IMG/VR virus record: IMGVR_UViG_2703718810_000003
From: a virus
Taxonomy: Duplodnaviria > Heunggongvirae > Uroviricota > Caudoviricetes
Direction: 5' to 3' (one strand)
DNA length: 43,509 bases
The position numbers and the translations under genes are program-made. This document shows positions 9,296-19,086 of this stretch, one piece after another. The first letter of the stretch is position 1. Each line of letters begins with the position of its first letter. The notes beneath the pieces were generated by a model, which was not told the origin of the DNA, ran no database searches, and saw only the letters and a program-made list of their open reading frames with translations.

Positions 9296-9642
9296 TTTTC
9301 CCCTCCCAGCCGACAGAGAATTTCCAGACGCCCGCCGGTCGCATCCGGCACAGGCAGCCCGACAACGTTCAGGATCCGGTCACGCCAGGGACCACTCAGC
9401 ACATGAAGTCGTGACGCTGCCGTGATTTCCCGACCGGACTGACCGCGCACCCAGATGCGGATTTCCGCCTGCGCCATTTCCGCACCGGACTGCATCCGCT
9501 CCCGGCTGCTCCTGCCACGGATATCCGCATGAATTTTCCCGCATGACACCCATTCTTCCGTCATTTCTCCGGCAGCATTACGGGTTAACACCGGGTTCAG
9601 AACACTTATCATCTGTGTCAGACGACCTGCAGATATTGCCAT
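9292..9642 (-). CDS. Head closure / head-tail adaptor protein
   Basis: 116 aa, translationally coupled within connector block. Confidence 0.45.
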   Translation of the reverse strand: MAISAGRLTQMISVLNPVLTRNAAGEMTEEWVSCGKIHADIRGRSSRERMQSGAEMAQAEIRIWVRGQSGREITAASRLHVLSGPWRDRILNVVGLPVPDATGGRLEILCRLGGEK

Positions 9643-9651
9643 TCCCCCTCC

Positions 9652-9978
9652 TCATAACACCGTCGGACAACGCAAATCGTAAATCAGCACGGAAACAGAA
9701 AACGGCAGCTCCCCCTGAATCAGTTCTTCCCGCTCCGCAAGATCCGGATTCCGGTACAGCATCCCGGTCAGTCGCATGGCAGCCCCCTTCATCCGGGTTA
9801 ATGCCTCGCCCGGGATCAGTTCACCGTCCTCACGAATCACCTTATCCCGGCTGCCCTGAATGTAGGCCAGCAGCACGGCGGTAGCCTGACGAACCTTCTC
9901 CATCAGCATGTCATCATCCGCGTCATGGTCGACACGCAGATGTGCCTTGATCTCTTCCAGTGTCAGTAATGCCGTCAT
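9652..9978 (-). CDS. Head-tail connector protein (gp6-like)
   Basis: 108 aa beginning MTALLTLEEIKAHLRVDHDADDDML, typical of gp6-like connector proteins. Confidence 0.55.
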   Translation of the reverse strand: MTALLTLEEIKAHLRVDHDADDDMLMEKVRQATAVLLAYIQGSRDKVIREDGELIPGEALTRMKGAAMRLTGMLYRNPDLAEREELIQGELPFSVSVLIYDLRCPTVL

Positions 9979-10874
9979 TTTCCGCCTCCAGCATCCCGCC
10001 CACGTTTTGCAGCCAGGGTCCAGCCTGATGAATGAGCTTCTCCGGGTTTATCACCGGTCATACTGTTGCAGTGCCACAGCGAGCCGCCCCACGTCACCGT
10101 ATCGCCGGGGTGGTAGGTTTCACCGGCTCTGAACACACCGCGGTAGAGCATCACCGGCAGGGAAAATGTTTTTTCCGTACGCTGGCCACTGCTCTGCCGG
10201 ACCACCACAGAGAACAACCGTTCACCCGTCATGCTGACGTCAATATCCGCCACCCCGTCAACCAGGCATTCCCATCCCCGCATCCCGTGCGTTTTTTCAT
10301 ACGCCCGCCAGAGTCCGCCCAGGTGTGTGGCATACGTGCCCCGGGGAAAGGATTTTTGATCGTCAATGGCGGGGAGTATTTCCAGTGCCGTGGCATCACG
10401 CCCGTCCTGCGGAGCCGGCAGGGCACTCACCGCATCCAGAACAGCCTTCTGCAGAACATCGGGATCATAGTCACGACCATCACGCGGAACAGGAATATGG
10501 CTTACCGCCTCCTTCACCATCTGTTCAAGCATCGGACGCACATCATCCGGGGTGAGACTTTTACCGTCTGCCGGCTGCGGAATATTTGCGACCGCATCAT
10601 TCACCGCCTTCTGCAGTACTTCCGGATCGTAGTCACGACCGTCACGCGGAACAGGAATATGGCTTACCGCCTCCTTCACTATCTGTTCAAGCATCGGACG
10701 CACATCATCGCCCGTCACGCACTTCTGTAATACCACAGACAGGGAAGCCAGTTTTTCTTCAAACATTTGTGCCTGCGCGGCTATTTTCTCCTCAAATGTG
10801 CGCTGTAAATCCGCCAGCACCGCGGAAAATTCTTCACCCAGCGCACGGATAATGGACAGTTCACGTTCATTCAT
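9975..10874 (-). CDS. Hypothetical virion-module protein with internal tandem 54-aa repeat
   Basis: DDVRPMLEQ(I/M)VKEAVSHIPVPRDGRDYDP(E/D)VLQKAV occurs twice; DNA repeats about 118 bp at 10430..10547 and 10592..10709. Confidence 0.5.
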   Translation of the reverse strand: MNERELSIIRALGEEFSAVLADLQRTFEEKIAAQAQMFEEKLASLSVVLQKCVTGDDVRPMLEQIVKEAVSHIPVPRDGRDYDPEVLQKAVNDAVANIPQPADGKSLTPDDVRPMLEQMVKEAVSHIPVPRDGRDYDPDVLQKAVLDAVSALPAPQDGRDATALEILPAIDDQKSFPRGTYATHLGGLWRAYEKTHGMRGWECLVDGVADIDVSMTGERLFSVVVRQSSGQRTEKTFSLPVMLYRGVFRAGETYHPGDTVTWGGSLWHCNSMTGDKPGEAHSSGWTLAAKRGRDAGGGK

Positions 10875-12235
10875 TTTTTCAGAATCCCCCTGAACATCGC
10901 CTTCACCGCGTCATGCTCTGTTTCAGTGATTGCCTTATTACCGTCAGATGCAGCGACCGCCTGAGGCACGGAAGCTGTTTTACCGGACGACGCGAACGGA
11001 TCCTCACGGGCATCACGGCGGGACAACGCTTCCAGACTGTAGTTCTGCTGCTGAAGATACAGTGCATCGCCTCCTGCCAGGGGCGGCAGGTTCTCCCGTT
11101 TTCGGGCTTCATTGGGCGTGAGAAGCGTATTTTTCACCGCATCCCCCAGCGTTTTCATGCGCCGCTCACTGTCCATTCTCAGCAGCGTGGTGACATCAAA
11201 TTCCGTACTCTCATTTTCCCCCGTTTCCAGCGCCTCATCCAGTAACAGCTCAATGGACTCAATCAGTGTCTGCAGGCACTGGGAATAATACTGCTGCTCC
11301 AGCGCCTCCACGTTGTCACTGGAAGGAGGTTGTCCCACGCCAATCTTGTAGGCCGGGACACGGAACACCGAACAGACAATTTCAGCGGTCATCTTCAGTT
11401 GTTCCACCGTCTGCGCATCCACCGGTGAAAACGTCGTGGGGTTGTATTTTGCCCCGTTGCTCAGAATGGCCGTTTTCCCCGCATTTTCGCCTGTATACCC
11501 GCTGTCCCAGTTGCTCTTCAGTTTTTTCGCATTTTCTTCCGTAATACTGCCGGGGATCTCAATCACCCCGGACGGCCTGCCGCCATTTCTGAAAAAAGAC
11601 GTCGAATTTTCCTGAATATGATGCCCCTGCGTGGCCGCCAGCCCGGCGGCATACACCGGCGGCAATCCTATAAGCGGATGAAAAAAACAGTTAAACCGGT
11701 CGTGGATCACTTCCCGGGCAGGCACCGTCACCGCCTCAGTGATCCCGCAGTTCCGGTCCGGCGTGATGCGGTAGAACACCTCGCCGTCATCCGCCACCAG
11801 AGGTTCAACCCGGTTCCAGTCCAGAATACGCAGTTCTTTGATCTGCCCCCGGGCATTACGGATTTTCAGCACCACCGTATTGCCGTGACGCAGTTTGGCG
11901 TTCAGCCACAGTTCAAAAAACTGGATGCGGTTCTGCTGGGCGTTGGGACGACGACAGAGGCGGGCAATATCCCCCCGGCGCGTTTCCCTGCGTATCCCCT
12001 GCGCATCCGTCTGCATAAGACGCAGCCGCATTTTGGCGATATCCTGGGATATCAGCGAAATACATGCAAACACCGCATGAAAGGAGAGGACGGCTTCAGG
12101 ATCGGCTTTCACGCCCTGCTGCCAGGCACCGGAAAAGGGCTCAGCCACCGCCTGAAACAGGCTGGTCCAGCCCGCCTCTCTTACGTCACGTCCTGATTTC
12201 TGGTTTTTTCGGGTTCGCCGTAAAAGGTTCCACAT
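10871..12235 (-). CDS. Portal protein (HK97 family)
   Basis: 454 aa with FFRNGGRPSGVIEIPG...NAGKTAIL...FRVPAYKIG segment characteristic of HK97-type portals; start codon choice uncertain. Confidence 0.65.
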   Translation of the reverse strand: MWNLLRRTRKNQKSGRDVREAGWTSLFQAVAEPFSGAWQQGVKADPEAVLSFHAVFACISLISQDIAKMRLRLMQTDAQGIRRETRRGDIARLCRRPNAQQNRIQFFELWLNAKLRHGNTVVLKIRNARGQIKELRILDWNRVEPLVADDGEVFYRITPDRNCGITEAVTVPAREVIHDRFNCFFHPLIGLPPVYAAGLAATQGHHIQENSTSFFRNGGRPSGVIEIPGSITEENAKKLKSNWDSGYTGENAGKTAILSNGAKYNPTTFSPVDAQTVEQLKMTAEIVCSVFRVPAYKIGVGQPPSSDNVEALEQQYYSQCLQTLIESIELLLDEALETGENESTEFDVTTLLRMDSERRMKTLGDAVKNTLLTPNEARKRENLPPLAGGDALYLQQQNYSLEALSRRDAREDPFASSGKTASVPQAVAASDGNKAITETEHDAVKAMFRGILKK

Positions 12236-12446
12236 TCGCCATGCTCCGCATCACGTTTCTTTTTCTGACCTGCCGGACGTCGCACCGTGATGTACTCCGC
12301 CTTTCCCAGGCGAACCAGCACCTCCGCACACGGCTGTGCCACATCACGGATATCCCCGGCCCGGGCATCATGCGTGCCCTGCAGATATCGGATCTTTGCC
12401 ATAACCTGTTACGGGAGGCGCACGCCTCCCGTCCTCCTTATCAGAC

Positions 12447-14384
12447 TCAGCCGCCGGACGCACTGCCGTAGTTCACTCCGGTGATCACCGCCACCGCCGC
12501 GGTACGGCGACGACGCCAGTTGATCCAGCGCTCCGCACGGATGGCCACGCTGCCTGTCTGGAACATGGAAACCAGCTCCACCGGCGACGGCGTGGTACTG
12601 TCGCCGGTCGGCTCAGACTGCATTTCCAGTGATGCCTCGCGGGACATATCCACTGCCACGCCGCCGTCATCCGCCAGATAAATATCCGGGGCATTCACCA
12701 GCACCAGCTGGTCACCCACGTACTGGGAGACAATCACCGGCAGCCCCTGGAAGGAGCCACTCAGCAGGGTCATGTCCGGGTATTCTTTCTGACCCAGCGC
12801 ATTTTTACGCATGGACAGTGCCAGGGCATTGGTGCTGGACATCAGCCAGACCGCACCGGTGGGCTGCAGGTTTGCTGCCACAAACTGTCCAAACGCAGCC
12901 TCTGCATCCGCATCCGGGTTACCGCTTGATGCCGTGCCCTTCACATCATGGGTGATGGACGCCGGGGAGACATCTGCCACCGCCGCTTTTTTCGGGTCCA
13001 CAAAGTCTGTATCCAGACGCGCCACCACCGCTTCCGCCAGCGCATTACGGACCAGTGCATCAGCAGCCGGACTGGAAAAACGGATCAATTCTTCCGTCAG
13101 TACCGCAATGGCCGACACCTTCGCATGACTGAAGGTGATGGATTCAAAATCAAACTTCGTCAGGGGTTTTGCCTTACCCTCACCCACCCAGCCGGCAGCA
13201 CCGCCGGACACCTGGGCGTGCACACGGATATTGAACGGCACCTGACGAAGTGCAGGGATCCCGCCCTGACCAAATCGCCCGATAATGGTCTGAGGACGCA
13301 GGTAATCAATAAAGTCCTGTGCGTATTCCTGATATTCAGACAGGCTGCCGGCCCACTGCGGATCCGTGGTGGTCCCCGCGCCCACTGCCGATTTCAGGAC
13401 ATGATGCAGACGACTGTCATCCGGATACTGACGACGGGCCACTTCCAGGGCTTCAGAGCGGACACCTTTAGCCGCAGCCAGTGATTTGGCAAAACGTGCG
13501 AAACCAATCCCCTTATCCAGTTTCTGCTCCACACGGATCACCGGCGCAGAAGCCACCGCGGCCACATTCCCGTTACCGGCCTGTTTCACCGGCTGCGCCG
13601 TGGCGGCCTTACCGGCTTCCAGTTCACGCAGGCGCTTCAGGTGCGCATCCACCTGACGGATTTCCGCTGCGGTGTTGTCGTAATGCTCTTCCTCCTCCAC
13701 ACCCAGCGTGCGCCCTTCCTCTGCGGCTTTGGTCATGACCTCCTCAAGGGAGGCTGCCAGCGCTGCACGCTTGTTTTCAAAACTTTTAATCTGTTCGCCA
13801 ATATTCATTATGGTCTTTTCCTTATGAAAAACGGTTGTTGACTGTGCCGCAGCGCCGGCAGAAGATGCGATTTTCACCACCGGTTTCCGGTTGCCGGACG
13901 CGGCAGAAAACTGGCGGTCGTAAGATTTAATGGTCCGGATGATGCATTCCGCATTCGCGGGCACGGTGACGGCAGACACCTCCATCAGTTCCCAGCGCAG
14001 AAAATGCAGTCCGCCTCCGTCCAGAAAGGTGTATTCATGAGGACGGAAGCCCACGGACAGCCCCCTGACCAGCCCGGTCTTAATGGCCGCGCAGGCCTCA
14101 TCCAGCCGGGCAGCCAGTTGCGATGGCATATCCGGCACGGGCTTCGCCAGTGTTGCCGTGATTTCCAGCCCTTCGCTGACCCGGCGCACCGTACACTGCC
14201 CCACCGGGCGGGAATGGTCATGCTGCCAGAGAAACGGGATCGCACTGCCAAACTCCGCGCCCTCCGGCTCCAGGATGTCACCATCCCGATCCGGAGAAGG
14301 CGTTGACGCAATCCCGGTGATCACCCGCTCATCCTCACTGAAGGATTTCACCGTCAGCAGGGAGCAGGCCCGTTTAAGAGTCAC
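12447..14384 (-). CDS. Prohead protease - major capsid protein fusion (HK97 fold)
   Basis: N-terminal FLWQHD...GLSVGF...LMEVSAVTVPAN matches HK97-type prohead protease signature; central coiled-coil; C-terminal ~400 aa capsid-like. Confidence 0.7.
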   Translation of the reverse strand: MTLKRACSLLTVKSFSEDERVITGIASTPSPDRDGDILEPEGAEFGSAIPFLWQHDHSRPVGQCTVRRVSEGLEITATLAKPVPDMPSQLAARLDEACAAIKTGLVRGLSVGFRPHEYTFLDGGGLHFLRWELMEVSAVTVPANAECIIRTIKSYDRQFSAASGNRKPVVKIASSAGAAAQSTTVFHKEKTIMNIGEQIKSFENKRAALAASLEEVMTKAAEEGRTLGVEEEEHYDNTAAEIRQVDAHLKRLRELEAGKAATAQPVKQAGNGNVAAVASAPVIRVEQKLDKGIGFARFAKSLAAAKGVRSEALEVARRQYPDDSRLHHVLKSAVGAGTTTDPQWAGSLSEYQEYAQDFIDYLRPQTIIGRFGQGGIPALRQVPFNIRVHAQVSGGAAGWVGEGKAKPLTKFDFESITFSHAKVSAIAVLTEELIRFSSPAADALVRNALAEAVVARLDTDFVDPKKAAVADVSPASITHDVKGTASSGNPDADAEAAFGQFVAANLQPTGAVWLMSSTNALALSMRKNALGQKEYPDMTLLSGSFQGLPVIVSQYVGDQLVLVNAPDIYLADDGGVAVDMSREASLEMQSEPTGDSTTPSPVELVSMFQTGSVAIRAERWINWRRRRTAAVAVITGVNYGSASGG

Positions 14385-14447
14385 ATCAGCCTCCTGAAAA
14401 TAAAAAAACCGCCGCAGCGGTCCATGATGGTTACAGGGTGAACAGGG

Positions 14448-16109
14448 TTATATGAAAAAAACCGCATATTCTTTCTTTTTCGGCCCCGGATTCAGGGACA
14501 TCAGGGATACCGCATTGAAGAGCGCCATCAGCGGGTCAATTTTCCCCCGTCCGCTGGCCTGTTTGGTAATAAGGATGGCGTTACCTTTAGGCTCCACCCG
14601 GGCATTGCCAACGCACCAAGCCATCAGTGGCTGACCACCATGCACCAGCACTCCCTCAGCCAGTTTGCGCTCGGTGGTTTTGATGGCCCCGCCCAGCTTC
14701 CAGCCCTGGCTTATCCCCACAACAATTCCGTCGGGGATCCCGGCTTCCGCCAGTGAATCCAGAATCTGCCCCACACCTGACGGGTCAATACCGATATGAT
14801 CCAGTAACTCAGCCTCATGGATACGACGCACATACTCCGCCACTTCCGCCGTGTCATCCCCGACCCGACGGACAATCGTCATGTCTCCACAGGCCACAAA
14901 ATCCTGAAACCGGGATGCCTCACTCTTCCGTCTGAGCACCGCGGTTTCATGCGCCCAGGCATGGCCCCAGCCCAGCCATTCGCGGGTTTCCCTGTCACGG
15001 CCAATCACGTACATTCCCAGCAGATCATCCAGGCCCCCGCCGTCAATCCCCACCGTCACCACATCAGCGCGCTGCAGGATATCGTCCAGGCTGACGCGCC
15101 TGCCCTGCTGCTCCCAGAAATCCGCGCCCGCCCAGCGGTCAGAACGCAGGGCAAGACCGATTTCCACATTGGCGTGTTTTGACATGAAGCCACGAAATGC
15201 TTCCTCACCAGCCTCCCGGGCTTTACGGTACTCCCGGTACAGAAAAGCCTCATCCACCGAATAACCGAGATTCGGATTGACCATGGCGAGGTTTTCCATC
15301 AGCAGGTGAGCCCCGCTTTCCACCATTTCAGGAGGGTGTTCAAATATCACCGGCAGAAAGTGCGGATCATGAATTTTGCCGTCACGGACATCCCGGGCGT
15401 ACTGCAGTTTCTGTCTGAACACTCCGGCTGGCGGCTCATTCGACTGGGTGGTCGTATACACCACAAACCCTTCCGGGCGGGAGGCAAGGCCGCCTATGGC
15501 TTCACGTAACATGTCCTCCGCCTTGCACTGCTTGCCAAATAACCACAGTTCATCAATCAGCGTCCCCACGGACTTGATACCGGACACCGTATTCGGATCG
15601 GCAGCCACCACCTTAAGGGTGGTGTCCGTCACCCGATGGGTGATGGTCCGGATATGTGTCTGCACCTGACAGAGGTCATCCAGATCATCGTCCCGTCGTA
15701 CCATATCCCTGGCAGGGTTGAAGGCGTTAGCCGCCACCTCCACGGTCGGGGCCAGAATGGTGTAGCCCGCCGCCTGCCGCCAGTTCAGTAACAGCGCCGT
15801 CATCATGATCCCCGCGGCCAGCGTGGACTTGCTGTTTTTTTTCGGTATCAGAATGAACACTTCCTTTATATGGCGTACACCGGTCTGCGCATCGTAGGAG
15901 CCAAACAGGGCCGCCACCAGGTCAAACACCCACGCTGCACAGGACTCCCCGAACGTCGGGCTGCCCGGTGCATCCACAATCCGCAGTTGTTTAAAAATCG
16001 CCAGGGCATGTGCGGCCTGCTCCGGGTAAATCGGAGACGGAATAATCGACAGCCCCTTTTTCAGACGCTCTGCCCAGTCCGGGCAGGCCGTGCTCCACAC
16101 TGGTATCAT
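14448..16109 (-). CDS. Terminase large subunit
   Basis: 553 aa; N-terminal ATPase-like region (ILIPKKNSKST) and C-terminal RNase-H-like nuclease region (VTVGIDGGGLDDLLG); follows small subunit. Confidence 0.75.
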   Translation of the reverse strand: MIPVWSTACPDWAERLKKGLSIIPSPIYPEQAAHALAIFKQLRIVDAPGSPTFGESCAAWVFDLVAALFGSYDAQTGVRHIKEVFILIPKKNSKSTLAAGIMMTALLLNWRQAAGYTILAPTVEVAANAFNPARDMVRRDDDLDDLCQVQTHIRTITHRVTDTTLKVVAADPNTVSGIKSVGTLIDELWLFGKQCKAEDMLREAIGGLASRPEGFVVYTTTQSNEPPAGVFRQKLQYARDVRDGKIHDPHFLPVIFEHPPEMVESGAHLLMENLAMVNPNLGYSVDEAFLYREYRKAREAGEEAFRGFMSKHANVEIGLALRSDRWAGADFWEQQGRRVSLDDILQRADVVTVGIDGGGLDDLLGMYVIGRDRETREWLGWGHAWAHETAVLRRKSEASRFQDFVACGDMTIVRRVGDDTAEVAEYVRRIHEAELLDHIGIDPSGVGQILDSLAEAGIPDGIVVGISQGWKLGGAIKTTERKLAEGVLVHGGQPLMAWCVGNARVEPKGNAILITKQASGRGKIDPLMALFNAVSLMSLNPGPKKKEYAVFFI

Positions 16110-16669
16110 CCGTTGCCCTCATTATCATTATTCACCACCAGTCGGGGTGGTGGTGGCACCGCAAAACGGTTAGCCGCTTTTTTCGCCGCGTCACCTTTTG
16201 CCGATTTTTTACCGGCATCCCCTTTTTTGTGGTGCGTGAACTGCGCCAGCTTATAAGCCGCATCCAGCGCCAGCCTGGGGTCGGTATTAATGTTCTCCAC
16301 CAGAAGACGCCCCATCGCTTTCACAGGATCGGGAAGACCGTCCTCCATATACTCAATACCAGGAGATATCACCACGGGCGGTGGCATCTCCGGATTTGTT
16401 TCGTCCGGCTGTGGTATTGCAGCCGCCTCACGGCGACGGGGTTTATCCTCCTGCTCTGATTTTTTCTGCCGGTAAACAGGAACCTCATCCACCTCCACCG
16501 TCTCGCACTGTTTACGGGCTATAAACGCAAGCACCTCCGGATCTTTTGCCAGCTGCGAGCCTTTAACCCTGGCTGTCTTCGCCGAATAACCGGCGGCAAT
16601 GGCTGACGCTGTTTTGTTTTTCCCGGACATGAGCGCCAGCGCAAATTTTCGTTTTTGCGTTGTCAGCAC
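16106..16669 (-). CDS. Terminase small subunit (GTG start)
   Basis: 187 aa, N-terminal HTH-like MSGKNKTASAIAAGYSAKTARVKGSQL; GTG start preceded by GGGAGGAGG. Confidence 0.7.
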   Translation of the reverse strand: MLTTQKRKFALALMSGKNKTASAIAAGYSAKTARVKGSQLAKDPEVLAFIARKQCETVEVDEVPVYRQKKSEQEDKPRRREAAAIPQPDETNPEMPPPVVISPGIEYMEDGLPDPVKAMGRLLVENINTDPRLALDAAYKLAQFTHHKKGDAGKKSAKGDAAKKAANRFAVPPPPRLVVNNDNEGNG

Positions 16670-16743
16670 AGCCTCCTCCCGGGTCCAGAACGCACTCAGC
16701 CGGGTATGGTTCAGCCCATTTTTCCCGGCGTCTCATGCCGCAA

Positions 16744-16867
16744 ATGTTAACTGCTGCCTGGTTAACATTTGCTGAAAAAGCCTGTTAACATTTTTTCCAC
16801 GCAACAAACTGAATAATAAAGATAAAAACCGCAAAAATGCCCGGACAGCCAGTTAACATGTTAACTG
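16744..16867. repeat. Cluster of five GTTAAC-core repeats (ATGTTAAC / GTTAACAT) between HNH and TerS; candidate cos / terminase recognition region
   Basis: GTTAAC at 16746, 16761, 16784, 16852, 16860 with conserved AT flank; lies immediately upstream of TerS. Confidence 0.45.
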
Positions 16868-16958
16868 CCCTGAAACGGGAATTTTTTCTCTGCGTGAGAG
16901 GGGGCGCGGTGTCCGGAGCGATAGTTTTTTACGCCGGATGATACCCCCCCGGGTCGGG

Positions 16959-17324
16959 TTACAGTCCGATGATGTCGTCCGCTCTGCCACTACCTCCGGA
17001 CACCTCCGGCAGTGTCGGGTCCGGCATACCACTCGCCGCTTCACGAACAGACTTTTGTCGATGGCATTCGGTACAGAGCGTCCAGAGATTCGTCTCCTCA
17101 TTACCACCACCGAATTGAAGTGCAATTCGGTGATCGAGTTCACTGTCACAGACGTCAACCACACGACCACAGAGACAGCACTGCCCGGCGTCCCTGAGCC
17201 AGATATGACGCTTGAGGGAAACACGTGCACTGCCACTGACACGACGCTGTTCACCCTTCAGAATATTCACCCGTCGGGTATTCAGTGTTTTGATTCTGCT
17301 CTGGAGTGTACGAAGCTGAGCCAT
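16959..17324 (-). CDS. HNH endonuclease (packaging-associated)
   Basis: 121 aa with CxxC...DHRIALQFGG.NEE.NLWTLCTECHRQK HNH motif; positioned just upstream of terminase genes. Confidence 0.8.
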   Translation of the reverse strand: MAQLRTLQSRIKTLNTRRVNILKGEQRRVSGSARVSLKRHIWLRDAGQCCLCGRVVDVCDSELDHRIALQFGGGNEETNLWTLCTECHRQKSVREAASGMPDPTLPEVSGGSGRADDIIGL

Positions 17325-17365
17325 GTAAAATCCCCGTCATATGGCAATCAGTAAAGGAAATAAAT

Positions 17366-17566
17366 ATGTCATCGAAAAACCGGACCCGCAGAACCACAAC
17401 CCGCAATATCCGTTTCCCCAATCACATGATTGAACAGATCAACATCGCCCTTGAGCATAAAGGGTCCGGTAACTTTTCAGCGTGGGTTATTGAAGCCTGC
17501 AGGAGAAGGCTGGCAACAGATGCAACGCATCTGCGCCCGGCCAGCATGACAAATAACGAGAAATGA
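17366..17566 (+). CDS. Small ribbon-helix-helix-like protein (YlcI/YnfO-like)
   Basis: MSSKNRTRRTTTRNIRFPNHMIEQINIALEHKGSGNFSAWVIEACRRRL; ATG at 17366 with AAAGGA RBS; opposite strand to neighbours. Confidence 0.6.
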   Translation: MSSKNRTRRTTTRNIRFPNHMIEQINIALEHKGSGNFSAWVIEACRRRLATDATHLRPASMTNNEK

Positions 17567-17697
17567 ACGTTCGGTTACAGGAGCAGGTACCCACTGTCCT
17601 CCAACAATATTTCATCTTCATATCCGACGGAACAAGACTTACCCTGCCGGGATGTACAGAATAACAACAGAGTGATAATTAATTTCTGATGAAATAA

Positions 17698-18030
17698 TCA
17701 GGGTGCAGAAGGACTAAAGATAAACGTTTTCTTCACGCCTTTACGCGGCCTGTCCTTCTCAAATCGCCATTTTGCCATCGCTTTTACAACCTGCTCATCA
17801 AACAGATGGTGCGGCTCTGAACGGATAAACTCAATTCGGGTGACAGTACCATCAGCACCAATATCAAACTTCACATCAACCCGTCCCTTTATATAATTTG
17901 CCGCTGCATAGGCCGGATATTGTGGTAATGCCTTAACCAACTGTCGGGGCATATCTGTTTTATGTTGCGTACAGCCCATAACCAGAGAAGACAACAAAAT
18001 AATTAACGGAAGATTTCTTTTCATTTTCAT
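17698..18030 (-). CDS. Lipoprotein with TonB C-terminal domain
   Basis: Signal peptide plus lipobox (LPLIILLSSLVMGC); PQYPAYAAANYIKGRVDVKFDIGADGTVTRIEFIRSEPHHLFDEQVVKAMAKWRF aligns with E. coli TonB C-terminus (PQYPARAQALRIEGQVKVKFDV...MRRWRYEP) as I recall it. Confidence 0.7.
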   Translation of the reverse strand: MKMKRNLPLIILLSSLVMGCTQHKTDMPRQLVKALPQYPAYAAANYIKGRVDVKFDIGADGTVTRIEFIRSEPHHLFDEQVVKAMAKWRFEKDRPRKGVKKTFIFSPSAP

Positions 18031-18369
18031 TCCCGGCACAGATAAGAATAAGTCTTATTCTAACAATGCCACCCTGTCGGTCATCAATCCTCTGCTTAAT
18101 GGCAACGACAATTATCCGACTTAAATCACAAATCAGACACATGACATAACAGAGCTTGCGAGGTAACACATCGTCCGGTTTCTTCCACCATCGCACCGGA
18201 CCAGCGACCATGAGGGGACAACGCCGCGCTCCGTTAACGCGGTAAACCCCGGTGTGTATCGTTTTTGATTATCCCCGCACACTCGCGCAGAGGAGTCTCC
18301 CTGTCGGGCTGCGGTCTCTGTTAATACGGGAATACGGCGACAATACCGCGCCATGGATAATAAGGTCGC

Positions 18370-18594
18370 TCAACACACTGGCTGTAATGCAGCGGATACC
18401 ATGCGGCATTTAGCGGCATTCATCGTACACTCAACGGTTAGCTCTTCATTCGTGGCATTCACCTGAAAGGTCCGGGAGTGTAATTGCGTACATTTACCAC
18501 TGAACGAACCTTCAACAAGAACACGACCACGCTGCAAAATACGGAACGGAATTGTTCCCTGAAAAGGTTCTACGGTTACCCGTAATTTCTTCAT
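18370..18594 (-). CDS. Hypothetical Cys-containing 74-aa protein translationally coupled to Rz
   Basis: ATG overlaps Rz stop (ATGA); no signal peptide; no family recognised. Confidence 0.35.
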   Translation of the reverse strand: MKKLRVTVEPFQGTIPFRILQRGRVLVEGSFSGKCTQLHSRTFQVNATNEELTVECTMNAAKCRMVSAALQPVC

Positions 18595-19085
18595 GTATCC
18601 TCCGGATAATAAAAAGCCAGCTTAGTGCACTGAGTGCGTATATATTCCTGCGCCCCTTCCAGCTGCTTCTGCATTGTCATCAACCGTTCTCTGAGGTTGA
18701 AATAATCCCGTTCAGCGGTGTCTGCCAGTCGGGGGCCGGTTGCATTATCCACGCCGGAGGTGCCGGTGGCTTCACGCACGGTACCGGGGCAGGAGGCGTT
18801 GAGCCGCAGGCGCTTACGACCAGCGGCAACATCAGCACGCAGAGTTTCATTTTCAGCTCTCGCATCGGCTAATTCCCTTGAGTATCTGGCATCAAGCGCA
18901 GCAACATCACGCTGGCGCTGCTGCATGTCAGTAATGGTTGCGTTTGCCAGCTCCAGCTCTCTGGCTTTTTTATCGCGCTGCGCTTTGTAGGTGATGGCGT
19001 TATCACGGTAATGATTCAGCCCCAGACTAAGCGCACCACAGGCCACCAGCAAGGCAATAATGACCACACACAGAACGCGGTTCAT
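18591..19085 (-). CDS. Rz: Spanin inner-membrane subunit Rz
   Basis: N-terminal TM helix, long coiled-coil periplasmic domain, follows endolysin; Rz1 embedded in +1 frame. Confidence 0.8.
   Translation of the reverse strand: MNRVLCVVIIALLVACGALSLGLNHYRDNAITYKAQRDKKARELELANATITDMQQRQRDVAALDARYSRELADARAENETLRADVAAGRKRLRLNASCPGTVREATGTSGVDNATGPRLADTAERDYFNLRERLMTMQKQLEGAQEYIRTQCTKLAFYYPEDT
18680..18865 (-). CDS. Rz1: Spanin outer-membrane lipoprotein Rz1 (embedded in Rz)
   Basis: Signal peptide with lipobox LVVSAC then Pro-rich segment ([16 protein letters not shown]), fully inside Rz in a different frame. Confidence 0.75.
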   Translation of the reverse strand: MRELKMKLCVLMLPLVVSACGSTPPAPVPCVKPPAPPAWIMQPAPDWQTPLNGIISTSENG

Positions 19086-19086
19086 T

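Noticed and set aside
12181-12402. 73-aa minus-strand ORF between the capsid fusion and portal
   Set aside because: Weak RBS, overlaps the portal start and matches no head-module family I recognise; could be real but unsupported, so not listed as a feature.
10032-14397. Plus-strand ORFs (e.g. 10032..10730, 11618..12196, 12948..13484, 14083..14397) in the head module
   Set aside because: Antisense to the portal, capsid-fusion and repeat-protein genes; no RBS context and no recognisable motifs.
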